Assembly: GCA_020137815.1 (NCBI GenBank)
Contig: CM035352.1
Coordinates: 1,178,001 to 1,242,000 of the forward strand
DNA from: Hormiphora californensis
Taxonomy: Eukaryota > Animalia > Ctenophora
DNA: 64,000 nucleotides
Direction: 5' to 3'
In this document: piece by piece, positions 39,001 to 51,684 of the stretch
How positions within the stretch are numbered: position 1 is the first letter of the stretch
Layout: every line of letters starts with the position of its first letter
Program-made: the position numbers and the translations under genes
Notes under the pieces: generated by a model
Database searches by the model: none
Told to the model about the DNA's origin: nothing
The model's input: only the letters and a program-made list of their open reading frames with translations

Positions 39001-42000
39001 GTTAATGTTTCATGAAATTTTTTAAAATGTTAACATTAACATTATTAACATTATTAACATTATTAACATTATTAACAAAAAAAAGAAGCTTTTTTAAGTC
39101 TTTTTGAAGCTTTTAATCCCGCTTTAATAGATCATTTGCGTTATTTTTGACAATATTATACGTACTACCCATCCAATCAACACTGATATACAGTCTAACC
39201 CCGATTTAATGGCCCCGATTTAGTGGCACCCCGATTTAGTGGCAGGATTTTTTCCCCAAAAATTTTTTTGAATTTTTTTTGTGAATTTTTTTTGAATTTT
39301 TTGACCCGCCACTAGTGCGGTAATATGACGAAAATTATTCGGCATAATCGTTCTAAAGCTAATTCCACTTCTAGGGTACTCTATAGGGTCCCTAGAATCA
39401 ACCCCTGAAGTTGTCGCAAGATCGGCGATGAAGAACTTGCCTTAATTGGGCCTAATTGTTTACAGGGTGCTTTCAGCCTGAAGCCAAAACCATAAGTACC
39501 CTTAAAATAGGAGTATAGACAAAACCGAGGGCACTAAAGTGATCAGCGTCCTCGCATTAGTGGGGGTAGGTGCTGGAATTAAGTCTCTATCTCATCTGGT
39601 TAATTGGTTAATTGGATAATTAGATCTGCACATAGCCGTTTTCGGCCATATGGGTATAGCCACTTAGGAATGGTTTAGAGACATTTCACGGGTGCCATCT
39701 TGTAGACAATGGCCAAGTTGTGGGTGGTCGACGTCGGACTTTTATGCTCTATCTCCAACCGTTTAGCCGTTATTTGGTTTGCTCAAAATCGGGCTTTTTA
39801 CCGTTTTTTGCTCATTTTGAGCACCTTTAAAGCCAAATAACGGCTAAACGGTTGGAGATAGAGCTTAAAAGTCCGACGTTGACCCCCCATAACTTGGCCA
39901 TTGTCTACAAGATGGCACCAGTGAAATGTCTCTAAACCATTCCTAAGTGGCTACAGCCATATGGCCGAAAACGGCTATGTGCAGATCTAATTATCCAAAT
40001 AACTAATTAACCAAATGAGATAGATACTTAATTCCAGCACCTACCCCCACTAATGCGAGGACGCTGACCATTTTAGTGCCCTCGGTTTTGTCTCTACTCC
40101 TTTCCTAACATAGCTATAGCCATATGGCCAAAAACGGCTATGCCCAGAGCTGATTAAATCCAATTATCTGATTAACCAGATGAGATAGAGATTTAATTCC
40201 AGCACCTACCCCCACTAATGCGAGGACGCTGATCACTTTAGTGCCCTCGGTTTTGTCTATACTCCTATTTTAAGGGTACTTATGGTTTTGGCTTCAGGCT
40301 GAAAGCACCCTGTAACCAATTAGGCCCAATTAATGCAATTTCTTCATCGCCGATCTTGCGACAACTTCAGGGGTTGTTTCTAGGGACCCTATAGAGTACC
40401 CTAGAAGTGGAATTAGCTTTAGAACGATTATGCCGAATAATTTTCGTCATATTACCGCACTATTTATACATTAAACTGGTGTTCTTTACTCGTATACCCC
40501 TCCTTGTTGTAATGACCCTTTTCTTACCTCAAAACCTTTGATGAAATCCAAACAATTATCCAAGCTATGAAATATCTGCCATGGGACATAGTGAGTTTAT
40601 GATAGAAACACCTAAACACACCTAAAAACACATAAAACAGCTATAAACCGACTAAAAACATCTAAAACGCGATTTTTGTTAATTTTGTTAATTTTGTTAA
40701 TTTTGTTAATGTTTCACCAAGGGTCGTTTGTTAATTAACAAAACATTAACAAAATTAACATGACGACCCCCCCGGTGAGTAGAGGGAGGGGAACCTTGTG
40801 GTAAAACTAAGCGGAAAGGGCATTGGTAGAAGGTGTAATTGTATGTGTTCAAACGTGGTAGAAGATATATCTGGGTTATAATGGTGCTTGCTCCAAATTA
40901 CCTCCACATGCTTCATTTGATTAACATGCTGACAAGACAATGTTTCATGCAACAAACACAACTTTCACATGTTATCATGCCCTGTGATTTCACACTTTTC
41001 TCTCTTTCTTTCTCCCTCTTTCTCTCTCTCTCTCTCACCCTCTATCTCTATCTCTCTCGCTATCTCCCTATCTTTCTTTCTCTCTCTCACCAAACAAATG
41101 GCACTAACTGCACAATCCGTGTTACCTGGCCCGGAGCTTCTTCTGACGCATGATGGTTGATGTAGTATAACACTGTATGTGGTTCCACCAAGACACTTTA
41201 TAGTTCCCTCTCCCTGCAATATCATCTCTCTCGAATCAACACAAGCCACCTCTATTTTACTTCCAAAATACACAGGAAAGGCTGCCTCTGAGCAGAGGTC
41301 CGAGTTTGGGACAGCAGTACATTCTGAAAGGGGAGATTAGCTTAAAGAAGTGGCAATTATGGGTTGATTATGTTTTCGAGTCGTTACCTGCAATTCGATA
41401 GTCGATTTCCTTCCAAGCAGCGTTACTAATGGTAAATGCATCAACTGTTGCACTCTGTCCCGGGTGTTCGTTAAAAAACCTCGAGTGCCCTCTATAGGCC
41501 TCAAAGTATCCATCGGTGGTAATCTTGAACGTCCAAATATCTTCATTCGTCGATGGAAATATATATGATAAACCGTCTGTGAAACCACCTTTCTGTGTCT
41601 GGGGGAACAATTGATCCATTTTATAACAGTTCCATGGAAGATATATTTGAATAAACTAACGCTTACCCTAAAGTCGAGCTTGAAAACACGATTATAGACA
41701 TTGTCGTTTAGTCGCATAGTCAAGGACATCAGTTCATTTGGAATCTTTAGCTGTAGCCCACCCTTGTACCAGTCGTTGAAATTATATTTCTGGCTACATT
41801 CTGCACAGTGCCAACCAGTATTTTCACTGGATTCAGTTGTACCAATGGGATCCCAGCATTCTGAAGTGAAACAACTCAGTTCATTGACTGGATAAGCTGC
41901 AAAGACTGTCTCCCACAAATTAACATTATAGATACTGAAAGTTCAACTTACAAACAGTCACAATAGAACTGCTACATTGGGTCACTCACTAGTAAATACT

Positions 42001-43480
42001 GAAGAGAGAAGGATCCCCAGAAGGAACAGTACTGAAAGAAACATTTCAAACTAAAACGTTAACGGATGGTTTATCTTGCCTAGCTTGACCCTGTTTTCAT
42101 GCGCTCCGCGGATTACCCAATGTGGGGATCGCCCACTGGCTAGATTACCCACTGGCTATCATCTCACATAACAGGCGTCAGGCAGATTACCCAATGCGAT
42201 AATTGGGTGTGGGAACTGGGTAACGAGAACAGTGGGTAATCCAGACAGTAGGTAATCCCCGTATTTATACGGGGATTACCAATTATAATTGGGTAAAGTG
42301 CATGGCACTGTTACCGAACATAACAAGGAATGTCAAATTGGCGGTAGATTCTTTACTAGGTCCAGACAAAATTCCGCGTATCAGCTGTAACATGAAAGAT
42401 GAAGCAGTGGCGCCGCCCAGCTACATCTGAGTACTGGGTGTGTGCTGAAGGTTTACAGGGATGCTCCCCTGCGACCTGCTCATCGCCACCAGGCCACCTG
42501 CAATTGACAATGACTGAGAGATCACGTGATGGTCACGTGATACCTGGGATCAACCAATCAGGGTGCAGAATGACAGGGCAGCTGCGAGGTTTTTTGACGT
42601 AGCAAGGAAAGATGAATAGATCGAGAAGGAGAGAGAGAGAGGAGGAATGTGAGAGCGCTCATAGGAAGGATAGGCGAGAGGATAGTACAGTATGTAAGAG
42701 AGTGAGGTTGAGAAAAAGAAGGGTTGTATCATGATTGTATTAAATGTATGAGCAATGAGCATGTCCTAAATATATATACGGCAGATGGGACGAAGAAAAT
42801 ACCTAGCTCTCCGTAGGAAAGTCTTCGTTGGGGAGGGTAGGGTTGTTAGTTTGTGACTGCTGCGTCTGGAGAGGGTAATAGGAGCCCTGCTAACAGGAAT
42901 CCGGACTGGGGGGGGGGGTTTACCTGACCTTAGTTGAAAGACATCTTGTCCTATTATGGTCGATGAGAGATCCTAATCCTCCCTCTCTGTTACAGAACCT
43001 CGAGAAGCCACTCACCGTTGCTGGAAGTATCCTGGTGATCATGGAGAGAGCTGATGATGAGTTTACAAAACTTCTCCGAAACTTGGACCCCCATGGAACT
43101 GAATACGTACAGAGGTAAGTACCACCCACCCCCCACCCCCCCCCCCCCACTGGTAAGTACTATTTTGCCTTGCTTGACCCTTTCATAAATAAAATCTTTG
43201 AACAAAACAAGCACTCTCCAGTCTCCTGACTAGCGACATTCACCAAGATGAGTGTAATTGAGATTTGTGATCATGTGTTGGTGATTCGTAACATACAACC
43301 TATCTCCAGACTGTCAGACGAGGCTAAGTTGTGTGTGGTGATCCTGAGGATCAAGGCTGAACTGGCCACCAGGAAGGCCAGTAATAACGAGATGTGCAGG
43401 ATTTACCTGAGAGAAATTGAGCATCTCTATTACAAGGTACATGATAATCTCTATCCCTGATATCTCTCTCTCTCTCTCTT

Positions 43481-43576
<96 letters not shown>

Positions 43577-43608
43577 TATCTCTCGCTCTATCTCTCTCGC
43601 TCTATCTA

Positions 43609-43676
<68 letters not shown>

Positions 43677-44022
43677 TCGCTCTATCTATATATCTCCTCT
43701 CCAGGTCGACTACTCCGCGGAGAAGGGTGGAGCTGGTAACAGCAAGGCGAAGATGGATGAACTGTGCAAGTTTATCTACCGAATCGAGTCTAGCGACCAC
43801 TCAGGTAACTATAGCGATCACTTAGCTTTTAGGTAACTATGGTGACCACTTGAGTAACTAGGATTGCCATGGGTAATATTAATATTTGTTGACGGCCACT
43901 ACTTTTTGAAAAGATTCGATTTATGGTCCTTGTACTTGCCACCCAGTAAATTTTCAGTGTAAAACAATTCGAGGATCACTGGTTATTACTCCCTCTCTTA
44001 CAATGCAACTCCCCCCTTCTAA

Positions 44023-44114
<92 letters not shown>

Positions 44115-47100
44115 CCTCTCTCTCTCAGGTGATCTGGACAGGATCAGGACCCGGGCCATGCTCTGCCATATCTACCACCATGCCCTGCACAACAGATGGA
44201 GCGAGGCACGGGATCTGATGCTCATGTCTCATCTCCAACACGGTATTTCACATGCTGATATCCCAACGAAGATCCTCCACAACCGAACCATGGTCCAGCT
44301 GGGTCTGTGTGCCTTCAGGAACGGGTACATCCAGCACGCTCACACCACTCTTAACGAGATCCAGTCTTCACAAAAGAGCAAGGAACTTCTCGCACAGGGG
44401 CTATCAACCCAGGTTTGTTTGTACACGTCTTGTAATATGTTCGTGACGTGGGTACATGTGTGTTCTACAAGTTAGCGTGGTATCATCTTGATACTATCCA
44501 ACAAGCACCTCTAACCTGTATAGTTACTGTTCATACTCTCGTTTAATCCACACGAGACATCGTCAGTTCTCTACACAGATTAATCCCTCTCGACCCCCCC
44601 CCCCCCCACCCCATATAATAATATCTAACCCCCCACCCCATATAATATTATCTAACCCCCTCTCCAACCCCATATAATAATATCTAACACCCCACCCCAT
44701 ATAATGAGATCTAACACAGCCATCACCACAGAGGATGAGTGAGAGGAATCTAGAGCAGGAGAAGATAGAGAAGCAGCGGCAAATCCCCTTCCATATGCAC
44801 ATCAACCTGGAACTGTTAGAGTACAGTTACCTGACATGTGCCATGTTATTAGAGGTCCCCCACATGGCTGCCCACCAGTTTGAACAGCGCAGGAAGCTCT
44901 CCAGGACATTCCACCAGCAGCTGAGGAATGCTGACAAGAACCCCCTGGTAAGTGCAGGGAGAGAGGGGGAATTTGGGAAAATATATCCCCCTGTATTGGT
45001 GAATTTATATAGGACCCCCACCCCCCCCCCTATTTGTGACAACGTACCCCCTGTGCCGAGAATATGGGAAAATAGACCCCCCCCCCCCCCGGCCCTCTCC
45101 CGATCACTCCACAATAGCTGCAGCAGTATCCCCTGCAAACCTGCAGTAGCTAATTGTGGAATGCTGATCCTGAGTAATACGCAGCTATGACACCTGTCAG
45201 GGGCCACATATAGAAGATTATAATTGCCCCCAGCTGGGTCGCCCTCTTGATCACATACTTCGCCATCTCTCTCTAAATCTCTCTAGATCTCTCTAGATCT
45301 CTCTTTAACTATCACCCAATTGAACTGGCCCAAAATCGTCCCATATATATTTGACCCCCTGACTAAACCCGGCCACCCCACCCCCCTCTGCTCTAACTAA
45401 CCCACCTGCATCCAGATCGGACCCCCTGACTAACAGTAACCCCCCACCCCACTCCCTCTAACTATCCCACCTGCATCCAGATCGGACCCCCTGACTAACA
45501 GTAACCACCCACCCACCCCCCTCAGCTCTAACTAACCCACCTGCACCCAGATCGGACCCCCTGACTAACAGTAACCCACCCACTCCCTCTAACTAACCCA
45601 CCTGCACCCAGATCGGACCCCCTGACTAACAGTATCCCACCCCACTCCCCCTAACCCACCCACCTGCACCCAGATCGGACCCCCTGACTCGATGAGGGAG
45701 CACCTAGTAGCATCTGCTAAAGCCATGATGAAGGCAGACTGGAAGACATGTGCTGATACCCTTCTAGCTCATAAGATCTGGAATCTCATGCCCAACGCAG
45801 AGGATGTGAAAGCAATGTTGAAACAGAAAATCAAGGAAGAGAGCCTGAGGACATACATGTTCACGTATAGCGCATGTTACGATTCCATCAGGTATTTCCA
45901 CTTCTGTCTCTCGACAGAGTTCAAACCCTCGACAGTGTTCAAACCCTCGACTGAGTTCAAACCCTCGACAGAGTTCAAACCCTCGACAGAGTTCAAACCC
46001 TCGACAGAGTTCAAACCCTCGACAGAGTTCAAACCCTCGACAGAGTTCAAACCCTCGACAGAGTTCAAACCCTGTTTGCGCAATCCAAACTCCACAGAAC
46101 TGTTGACGGTCCACTGACATTATTCTGGGTATCAAGATTCAAGTAAAATTATATTCTCCCCTCCCTCAGCCCAATGGTTCTGTCTCGAATGTTTGATCTG
46201 TCGAACAAGCAGATCCATGCCCTGATAAGTAAGATGATCCTGAATGATGAACTAAAAGCCAGCTGGGACAAACCCACTGATCTGTTGATCCTTCACAGGG
46301 CTGAAAGTAGTAAGCTACAGAGCCTCGCAAAACAGACTGCTGACAAGGTAAGGGGTGGTGGGAATGGGTGGGGGGTCGCCTCACATTGTGACCGTGCTCC
46401 GGTATGAACAATTCAAATGGGTGGGAAGGTAAGGGGTGTTTCAAATGGGTGCCGGGTGGTTAATTAGAGGTTAATGGCGAGGTACTAAAGATGTGGAGCA
46501 CTACTACTGTACACGGTGCCCCTGAAGGACGTTCCACCTCGACCGAGTCCCCCAGCAAAACGAACGGTTGTGTGACCTAGAGGGGACCTCTGGGAACTAC
46601 GCAGGACCGTGGGGGAAAAGATATAAAAGTAGCTTAAAAAATTAAAACGATAGAAAGATAGCTATCGTTTTTTTCACTTTGAAAATACGATATTTCTTTA
46701 AAAAAATCCTTGATCAGGAAGATACAAGTGTCTCCCACGTATTTTTTGACGTAGAATCGAATGCCGTTGAAGTCAAATCTCTAAAATGTTGGAAAAATTG
46801 TGAAAATCGTGTTTTTAGGTGTTTTTTGGTGAAAAAAGCGTACAAACTGGTACTAGATGATGAGATAGAGTCCCAAAAGTATGTCAAATCGCTTTTTTGG
46901 GACCTTTTCGCCCTAGAAGCAGATTTTTATGAAAATCTGGTACAGTGCCTATTCTCTGTATACTTTCAAAGAAGGTGAATATTGCTCTAATTTAGCCAAT
47001 TTTGAAGAAAAGTCATCCAAAACAGTACTAGATGATGAGATTGTGGGAAAACACACTATAAAACAAAGGAAACACAGGGGTTCTCGAAGTGCCAAGTAAT

Positions 47101-49396
47101 AGATAGATAAATAAAAGCAATCCGAGAGATCTCTTCAGAGGGCACCACAACGCAGCAGTTCCAGCCCAATACAGAGAATCAAAACGTCAGTCGATCTTGC
47201 AATTCGAGAAGTGAGGCTCCACTCCGTCTGGCCTCACGGGGGCGAGATATCACGTGTCCTCTTCTCTGATCCTCATTGGCTAGGCTCTCCCTCGTCATCG
47301 GGTCACATGGGGTGGTCACGTGAGAAAGCAGGCAAACGCTATCACTCTTCGGGACTTAATTAAATAAGAGCCGCGCCGCACTATCTCTCTCTCTCTCCCT
47401 CTCTCTCACTCTCTCCCTCTCTCCCTGGGAGAGAAGGATCTAGAATGAAAGGGGAAGGAAAGCAGACGAAAGAGGGGAAGGGAGTGAGAGAGAGAGAGAG
47501 AGAGATAGAGTTAGCATGCAGTGCTAAAAGCTATTAGTATCTCTCTTTCTCTCCCCTGGCCCCCAGCATGGGATTGACTGTTTAGTCAATACCATATTTA
47601 CGCTCCTCCCTCCCAAAAAGGCGGGTCCCGCAAAGGGGGAACACCGCTCCTGTTGAAGAAGACGAAAAAAGGGGAAAAAACAGGGGGGGATAACCCCCCA
47701 ATCTGGGTGTTGGTGGAAAATAATACCACACACTATGAGCGATTGCGGCAAATGAATGTGAATAAACGTTTACCAAACCCACTTTAGCATCATGTATGGC
47801 TCTTGCATAGTCCAGTAGCCCAGAGATAGGTCATACATGATGCTAAAGTGGGTTTGGTAAACGTTTATTCACATTAATTTGCCGCAACCGCTATATTTTG
47901 GCTATTTCCACCTACTTCAGAGGCCTACCGAGAGGAAACATATCATCCGATCGCCATGCAAATTTGTTCCTAGGACGAAAAAGACCCAAAAAATCGATTA
48001 TAAATCTTTTTGGGCCACTATCTCATCATCTAGTACTGTTTGGTGACTTTTCTTCAAATTGGCTAAATTAGAGCAATATTCACCTTCTTTGAAAGTATAC
48101 AGAGAATAGGCGCTTGTACCAGATTTTCATAAAAATCTGCTTCTAGGGCGAAAAGGTCCCAAAAAAAAAGCGATTTGACATACTTTTGGGATCTATCTCA
48201 TCATCTAGTACCAGTTTGAATGCTTTTTTCACACAAAAAAACACCTAAAAACACGATTTTCACCACCATTTTCCCAACATTTTAGAGATTTGACTTCAAC
48301 GGCATTCGATTCTACACGTCACAAAATACGTGGGAGACACTTGTATCTTCCTGATCAAGGATTTTTTTAAAGAAATATCGTATTTTCAAAGTGAAAAAAA
48401 CGATAGCTATCTTTCTATCGTTTTAATTTTTTAAGCTACTTTTATATCTTTTCCCCCACGGTCCTGCGTAGTTCCCAGAGGTCCCCTCTAGGTCACACAA
48501 CCGTTCGTTTTGCTGGGGGACTCGGTCGAGGTGGAACGTCCTTCAGGGGCACCGTGTGTATTGTGGAGAGCCCACATGATGCACACCTTACCGATAAATA
48601 CTGATTAGTCCCCTTTTAGTTAGACTATGGACTAAAGATCACTACTCGATTATAATTTTACGACTCTAAAAATTTAATCGATTTTGCTCTTTAGTACGTT
48701 CCCATTGTATTATAATATGCCATAATTTATTACCCTTATTATTACCAGTCCTGAGTCCTCCACATCCCATTTCAATTCTAACCACCTCCCTTCTCCTAAT
48801 TTGACTTCTCAATCTTACCACCTCCTCCCCCCACCCAACCCAACCCCCCCCCCCCCCCCCCCAATTTAATCTAACAACCCCCCTCCCCCTAGTTGACACA
48901 CGTAATGGACAACACCGAGAAAATGTTGGGACAAGGAACAACGTTCACCAGCCGGGGAAATGCTGCCGCCTCCCTCACCTGGCCCAACAATATTTTCGGA
49001 GCGGGAAACGGTTCCCTGCAAATGGGTTTTCCAATCGGAATGTCCGGGGATTCGAACCGTGGCGGTCACCGGAATTATCAGGACCGAAACAGGAACTACC
49101 AGGACCGAAACAGGAACTACCAGGACAGGAACAATGCCGGGAACGGTGGGTACAGCGGGCGAAATCGAGGTGAGAACAGATCGATATACCATACCTCATT
49201 TAAAGACCTGCATTGCAGTATTTTACCTACTCCCCCAATTTTCTCTTCCTAAAACTATGACCTGCATTTGCCTCCTCTAATTTTCTAATTCCTTCCCAGG
49301 AGGCTACAACAATTCGGGCGTTACAACAATTCGGGCGGTTACAACAACAGCAGGGGAGGTTACAACAACCACCAGTACAGCTCCAGGGCCTACTAA
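36008..49396 (+). CDS. EIF3C: Eukaryotic translation initiation factor 3 subunit C (multi-exon)
   Basis: [111 protein letters not shown], and an RG/NY-rich tail. Confidence 0.96.
37393..37932 (+). repeat. 26-bp minisatellite (~20 units) built from the EIF3C 3' splice site
   Basis: Unit TCATCCCTAACTCCTATTCTCT(G/T)TAG; the last AG (37924-37925) precedes the in-frame exon. Confidence 0.92.
38981..40773. mobile_element. TIR element (GGGGGGGTCGTCATGTTAAT termini), 8-bp TSD GGTGAGTA, with nested foldback
   Basis: TSD at 38973-38980 and 40774-40781; subterminal TGTTAA/TTAACA repeats. Confidence 0.8.
39313..40462. mobile_element. Nested foldback (TAGTGCGGTAATATGACG..CGTCATATTACCGCACTA)
   Basis: ~480-bp inverted arms; the right arm carries an extra ~150-bp internal duplication. 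Confidence 0.8.
41126..42044 (-). CDS. Secreted protein with C-terminal Sushi/CCP-like module, nested antisense in an EIF3C intron
   Basis: Signal-peptide exon from 42044 ([18 protein letters not shown]); exon 41896-41667; exon [18 protein letters not shown]; exon [35 protein letters not shown]. Final exon not resolved. Confidence 0.7.
45350..45690 (+). repeat. ~61-70-bp tandem repeat (5 copies) spanning EIF3C acceptor plus 15 nt of exon
   Basis: CACCTGCA(T/C)CCAG|ATCGGACCCCCTGAC with AG at 45415, 45480, 45550, 45611 and 45673. Confidence 0.92.
45910..46072. repeat. 18-bp intronic minisatellite (CTCGACAGAGTTCAAACC) x9
   Basis: Lies after donor AG|GTATTT at 45892. Confidence 0.9.
46512..48556. 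mobile_element. Foldback non-autonomous element, CACGG..CCGTG termini, 4-bp TSD TGTA (Chapaev/CMC-like)
   Basis: ~530-bp inverted arms; TGTA at 46508-46511 and 48557-48560; inner hairpin ~47745-47885. Confidence 0.8.
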
Positions 49397-49614
49397 ATCT
49401 ATCCTCCTACCCGGGAGCTAACAGCGGCCTCCATCTGCTCCATCTCCTTGGGAGCGGACCGGTGCCCCTGGTCGGTTTGGCGTGAGAGTCCATACCGTCC
49501 AGGGGCAGTTAAATTATTATCTTTTTGGGAATCACCATTACAACTTTCGTGGAGAGTTTGTTTTCCGATGTTTTTTCATGGTTTTAGCGTTTATCCAGTT
49601 TGTTTTTATGTTCT

Positions 49615-49722
49615 CCCTTCCCTTCCCTTCCCTTCCCTTCCCTTCCCTTCCCTTCCCTTCCCTTCCCTTCCCTTCCCTTCCCTTCCCTTCCCTTCCCTTC
49701 CCTTCCCTTCCCTTCCCTTCCC
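49615..49722. repeat. (CCCTT)n pentanucleotide tract between EIF3C and MED28-like
   Basis: Visible directly. Confidence 0.95.
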
Positions 49723-49834
49723 ATGACCCATCCCATTCCCTCCCTCTCGCACACTACCTCTCTCTCCCTCCCTCTCACACACTACCACTACCTGTCTCAT
49801 AGCTCTAACACACTACCTGTCTCATAGCTCTAAC

Positions 49835-50443
49835 ATGGCGGCCAGTGCCCGGCTCAGTAAGGTAGAGGATATATTTGTGGACTGCATAGAGACAATACTC
49901 CACAACCACGGGGAGATAAGCGATGAACACTTTGAAGTTGTTATTGATATTGGCAACAAGGCTGACCAGTAAGTATAGTGCTGCTGTAAAACCCTCTACT
50001 CCTCAGGGGTACTAACTAGTCAGTGATCATGAATGTTTCCACAAAAAGAAAGGAAGCTGAGCTGTGCTCTCATATATTTGTTTCTCTTTACACAGGTTGA
50101 CGGAGAATATAAACGCTCTCCGGAAGGTAGTGTCTCATCAGGAGACAGTAGCGTACAACAAGGACACCCACCTGAGGGATGAGATTGTGCAGTTAAAGAA
50201 GAAGATTGAGAAACGAAAACAGCTGATTCAAAAGTGTAATGTAAGTATCTCCGATTATATTCTTTTTGTGCTTACATATAATACACCATCCGACCCTACT
50301 CAAATGCGGCATTTTTATTATCTAATGTGTTATTTATGCAGGTGAAGTTTGAGGATTGGAAACGCCGTCTGGATACCGTGCACGATCTTTCTGTGAAATC
50401 CTACGCTAGCCTCGGAGCAGCAACCAACTGGGCTGCCAACTGA
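49835..50443 (+). CDS. MED28: Mediator subunit 28-like protein (3 exons)
   Basis: Exons 49835-49968, 50096-50240 and 50342-50443: LSKVEDIFVDCIETIL ... THLRDEIVQLKKKIEKRKQLIQKCNVKFEDWKRRL. Resembles the MED28 pattern (ELE.SF..C...L; ..I.EL..EL.RK..L.QK...KL..W...L) as recalled from memory. Confidence 0.6.
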
Positions 50444-50607
50444 GTCCATAACGGGTCCAGAACCATCCGAGCCAACTGGAAAGAAATGAGGCCTGGAGAC
50501 CTGGTAATATAAGGGCTTGAGAAACTTGGAGGAGATAATAAAAGAAAGAGGATGGGAATAAAGAAAAAACAGCAGTTTCTCCTTCCTCACACTCTCTCTC
50601 TCACACA

Positions 50608-50672
<65 letters not shown>

Positions 50673-51684
50673 TCTCTCTCTCTCTCTCTCAACCCATTTT
50701 CTGAGGGTGACGTACTGGTCCAGATATAGCGAGAATGAGAAAGACAAATTGAAGAGATAGTGAGAGAAATTTTCTGCAATTACATATACCAACTCACACG
50801 CTAGTCTCTCTCTCTCTCTCTCTCTCCCTCCCTCTCTCTCCCTCTCTCTCCCTCCCTCTCTCTCCCTCCCTCTCTCCCTCCCCTCTCTCTCCCTCTCTCT
50901 CCCTTGGCCGAATTTAAGAAGGCAACACAAGCTCCAGCTCCTACTCCTCCAGTATTCTCAGTATTCTGCTCCGTGTCACTATGCTCCTGCCCACTCGTTC
51001 CCGACTTGAGAAGAAACTCTACGAGAAATGCTGCCATCATCAGCAGGGGAGTAAGAAGAAGAACAATATTTGTAGTGATGATGTCAGCCGTTGGTGTGAC
51101 ATTGTAATTGGTCAAATTATTGGTACGGCCCGCAATTCGAACCCGTGAGTGAGTGTGTGTGTGTGTGTGTGTGACGTTCACATTGTCTGTCGTAGTCGCT
51201 ATATTTTTGGTTGTTTCACCCAATTATATATTGAAACTTTTGTTTTGTGTCGAGTTCTGAACCCCCCGACCACTCTTCAGCGTCTACCCATTACATTGGT
51301 GTGTGTGTGTTGTGGCATTACCGAGCCATGCATAGGCAGCATTAATAATGTGACAGACTTTCCGGCACTGAATTCTGCATGTGTGAGAGTGAATATTGTG
51401 AGAGTGAATATTGTTCATACCCATGTGACCACAAAGACAACCAGCCTCTTCCCAGTAGTCAGTCCAGTTCTAATTCCGTCCCCAGTTTCTAACCCCATCC
51501 TAATAGGATTCCTATTTCAACGCCCCTTTTTAACCCCTACCCCAAATCCCAGTTTTTAACCCCTACCCCTCACCCCCTTTTTAACCCCTACCCCAAATCC
51601 TAGTTTCTAACTCTATCCTACCCAGTTTTTAACCCCTACCCCAAATCCCAGTTTCTAACCCAAGCACACCTGTTTTGTAGCACC

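Noticed and set aside
45892-46117. STEFKP repeat extension of the eIF3c ORF
   Set aside because: Lies after a donor at 45892; conserved eIF3c sequence resumes at 46170.
50801-51223. Minus-strand ORF with hydrophobic stretch (IVLLLTPLLMMAAFLVEFLL)
   Set aside because: Bounded by microsatellites; no convincing start or splice chain and no recognisable homology. Cannot be excluded as an exon.
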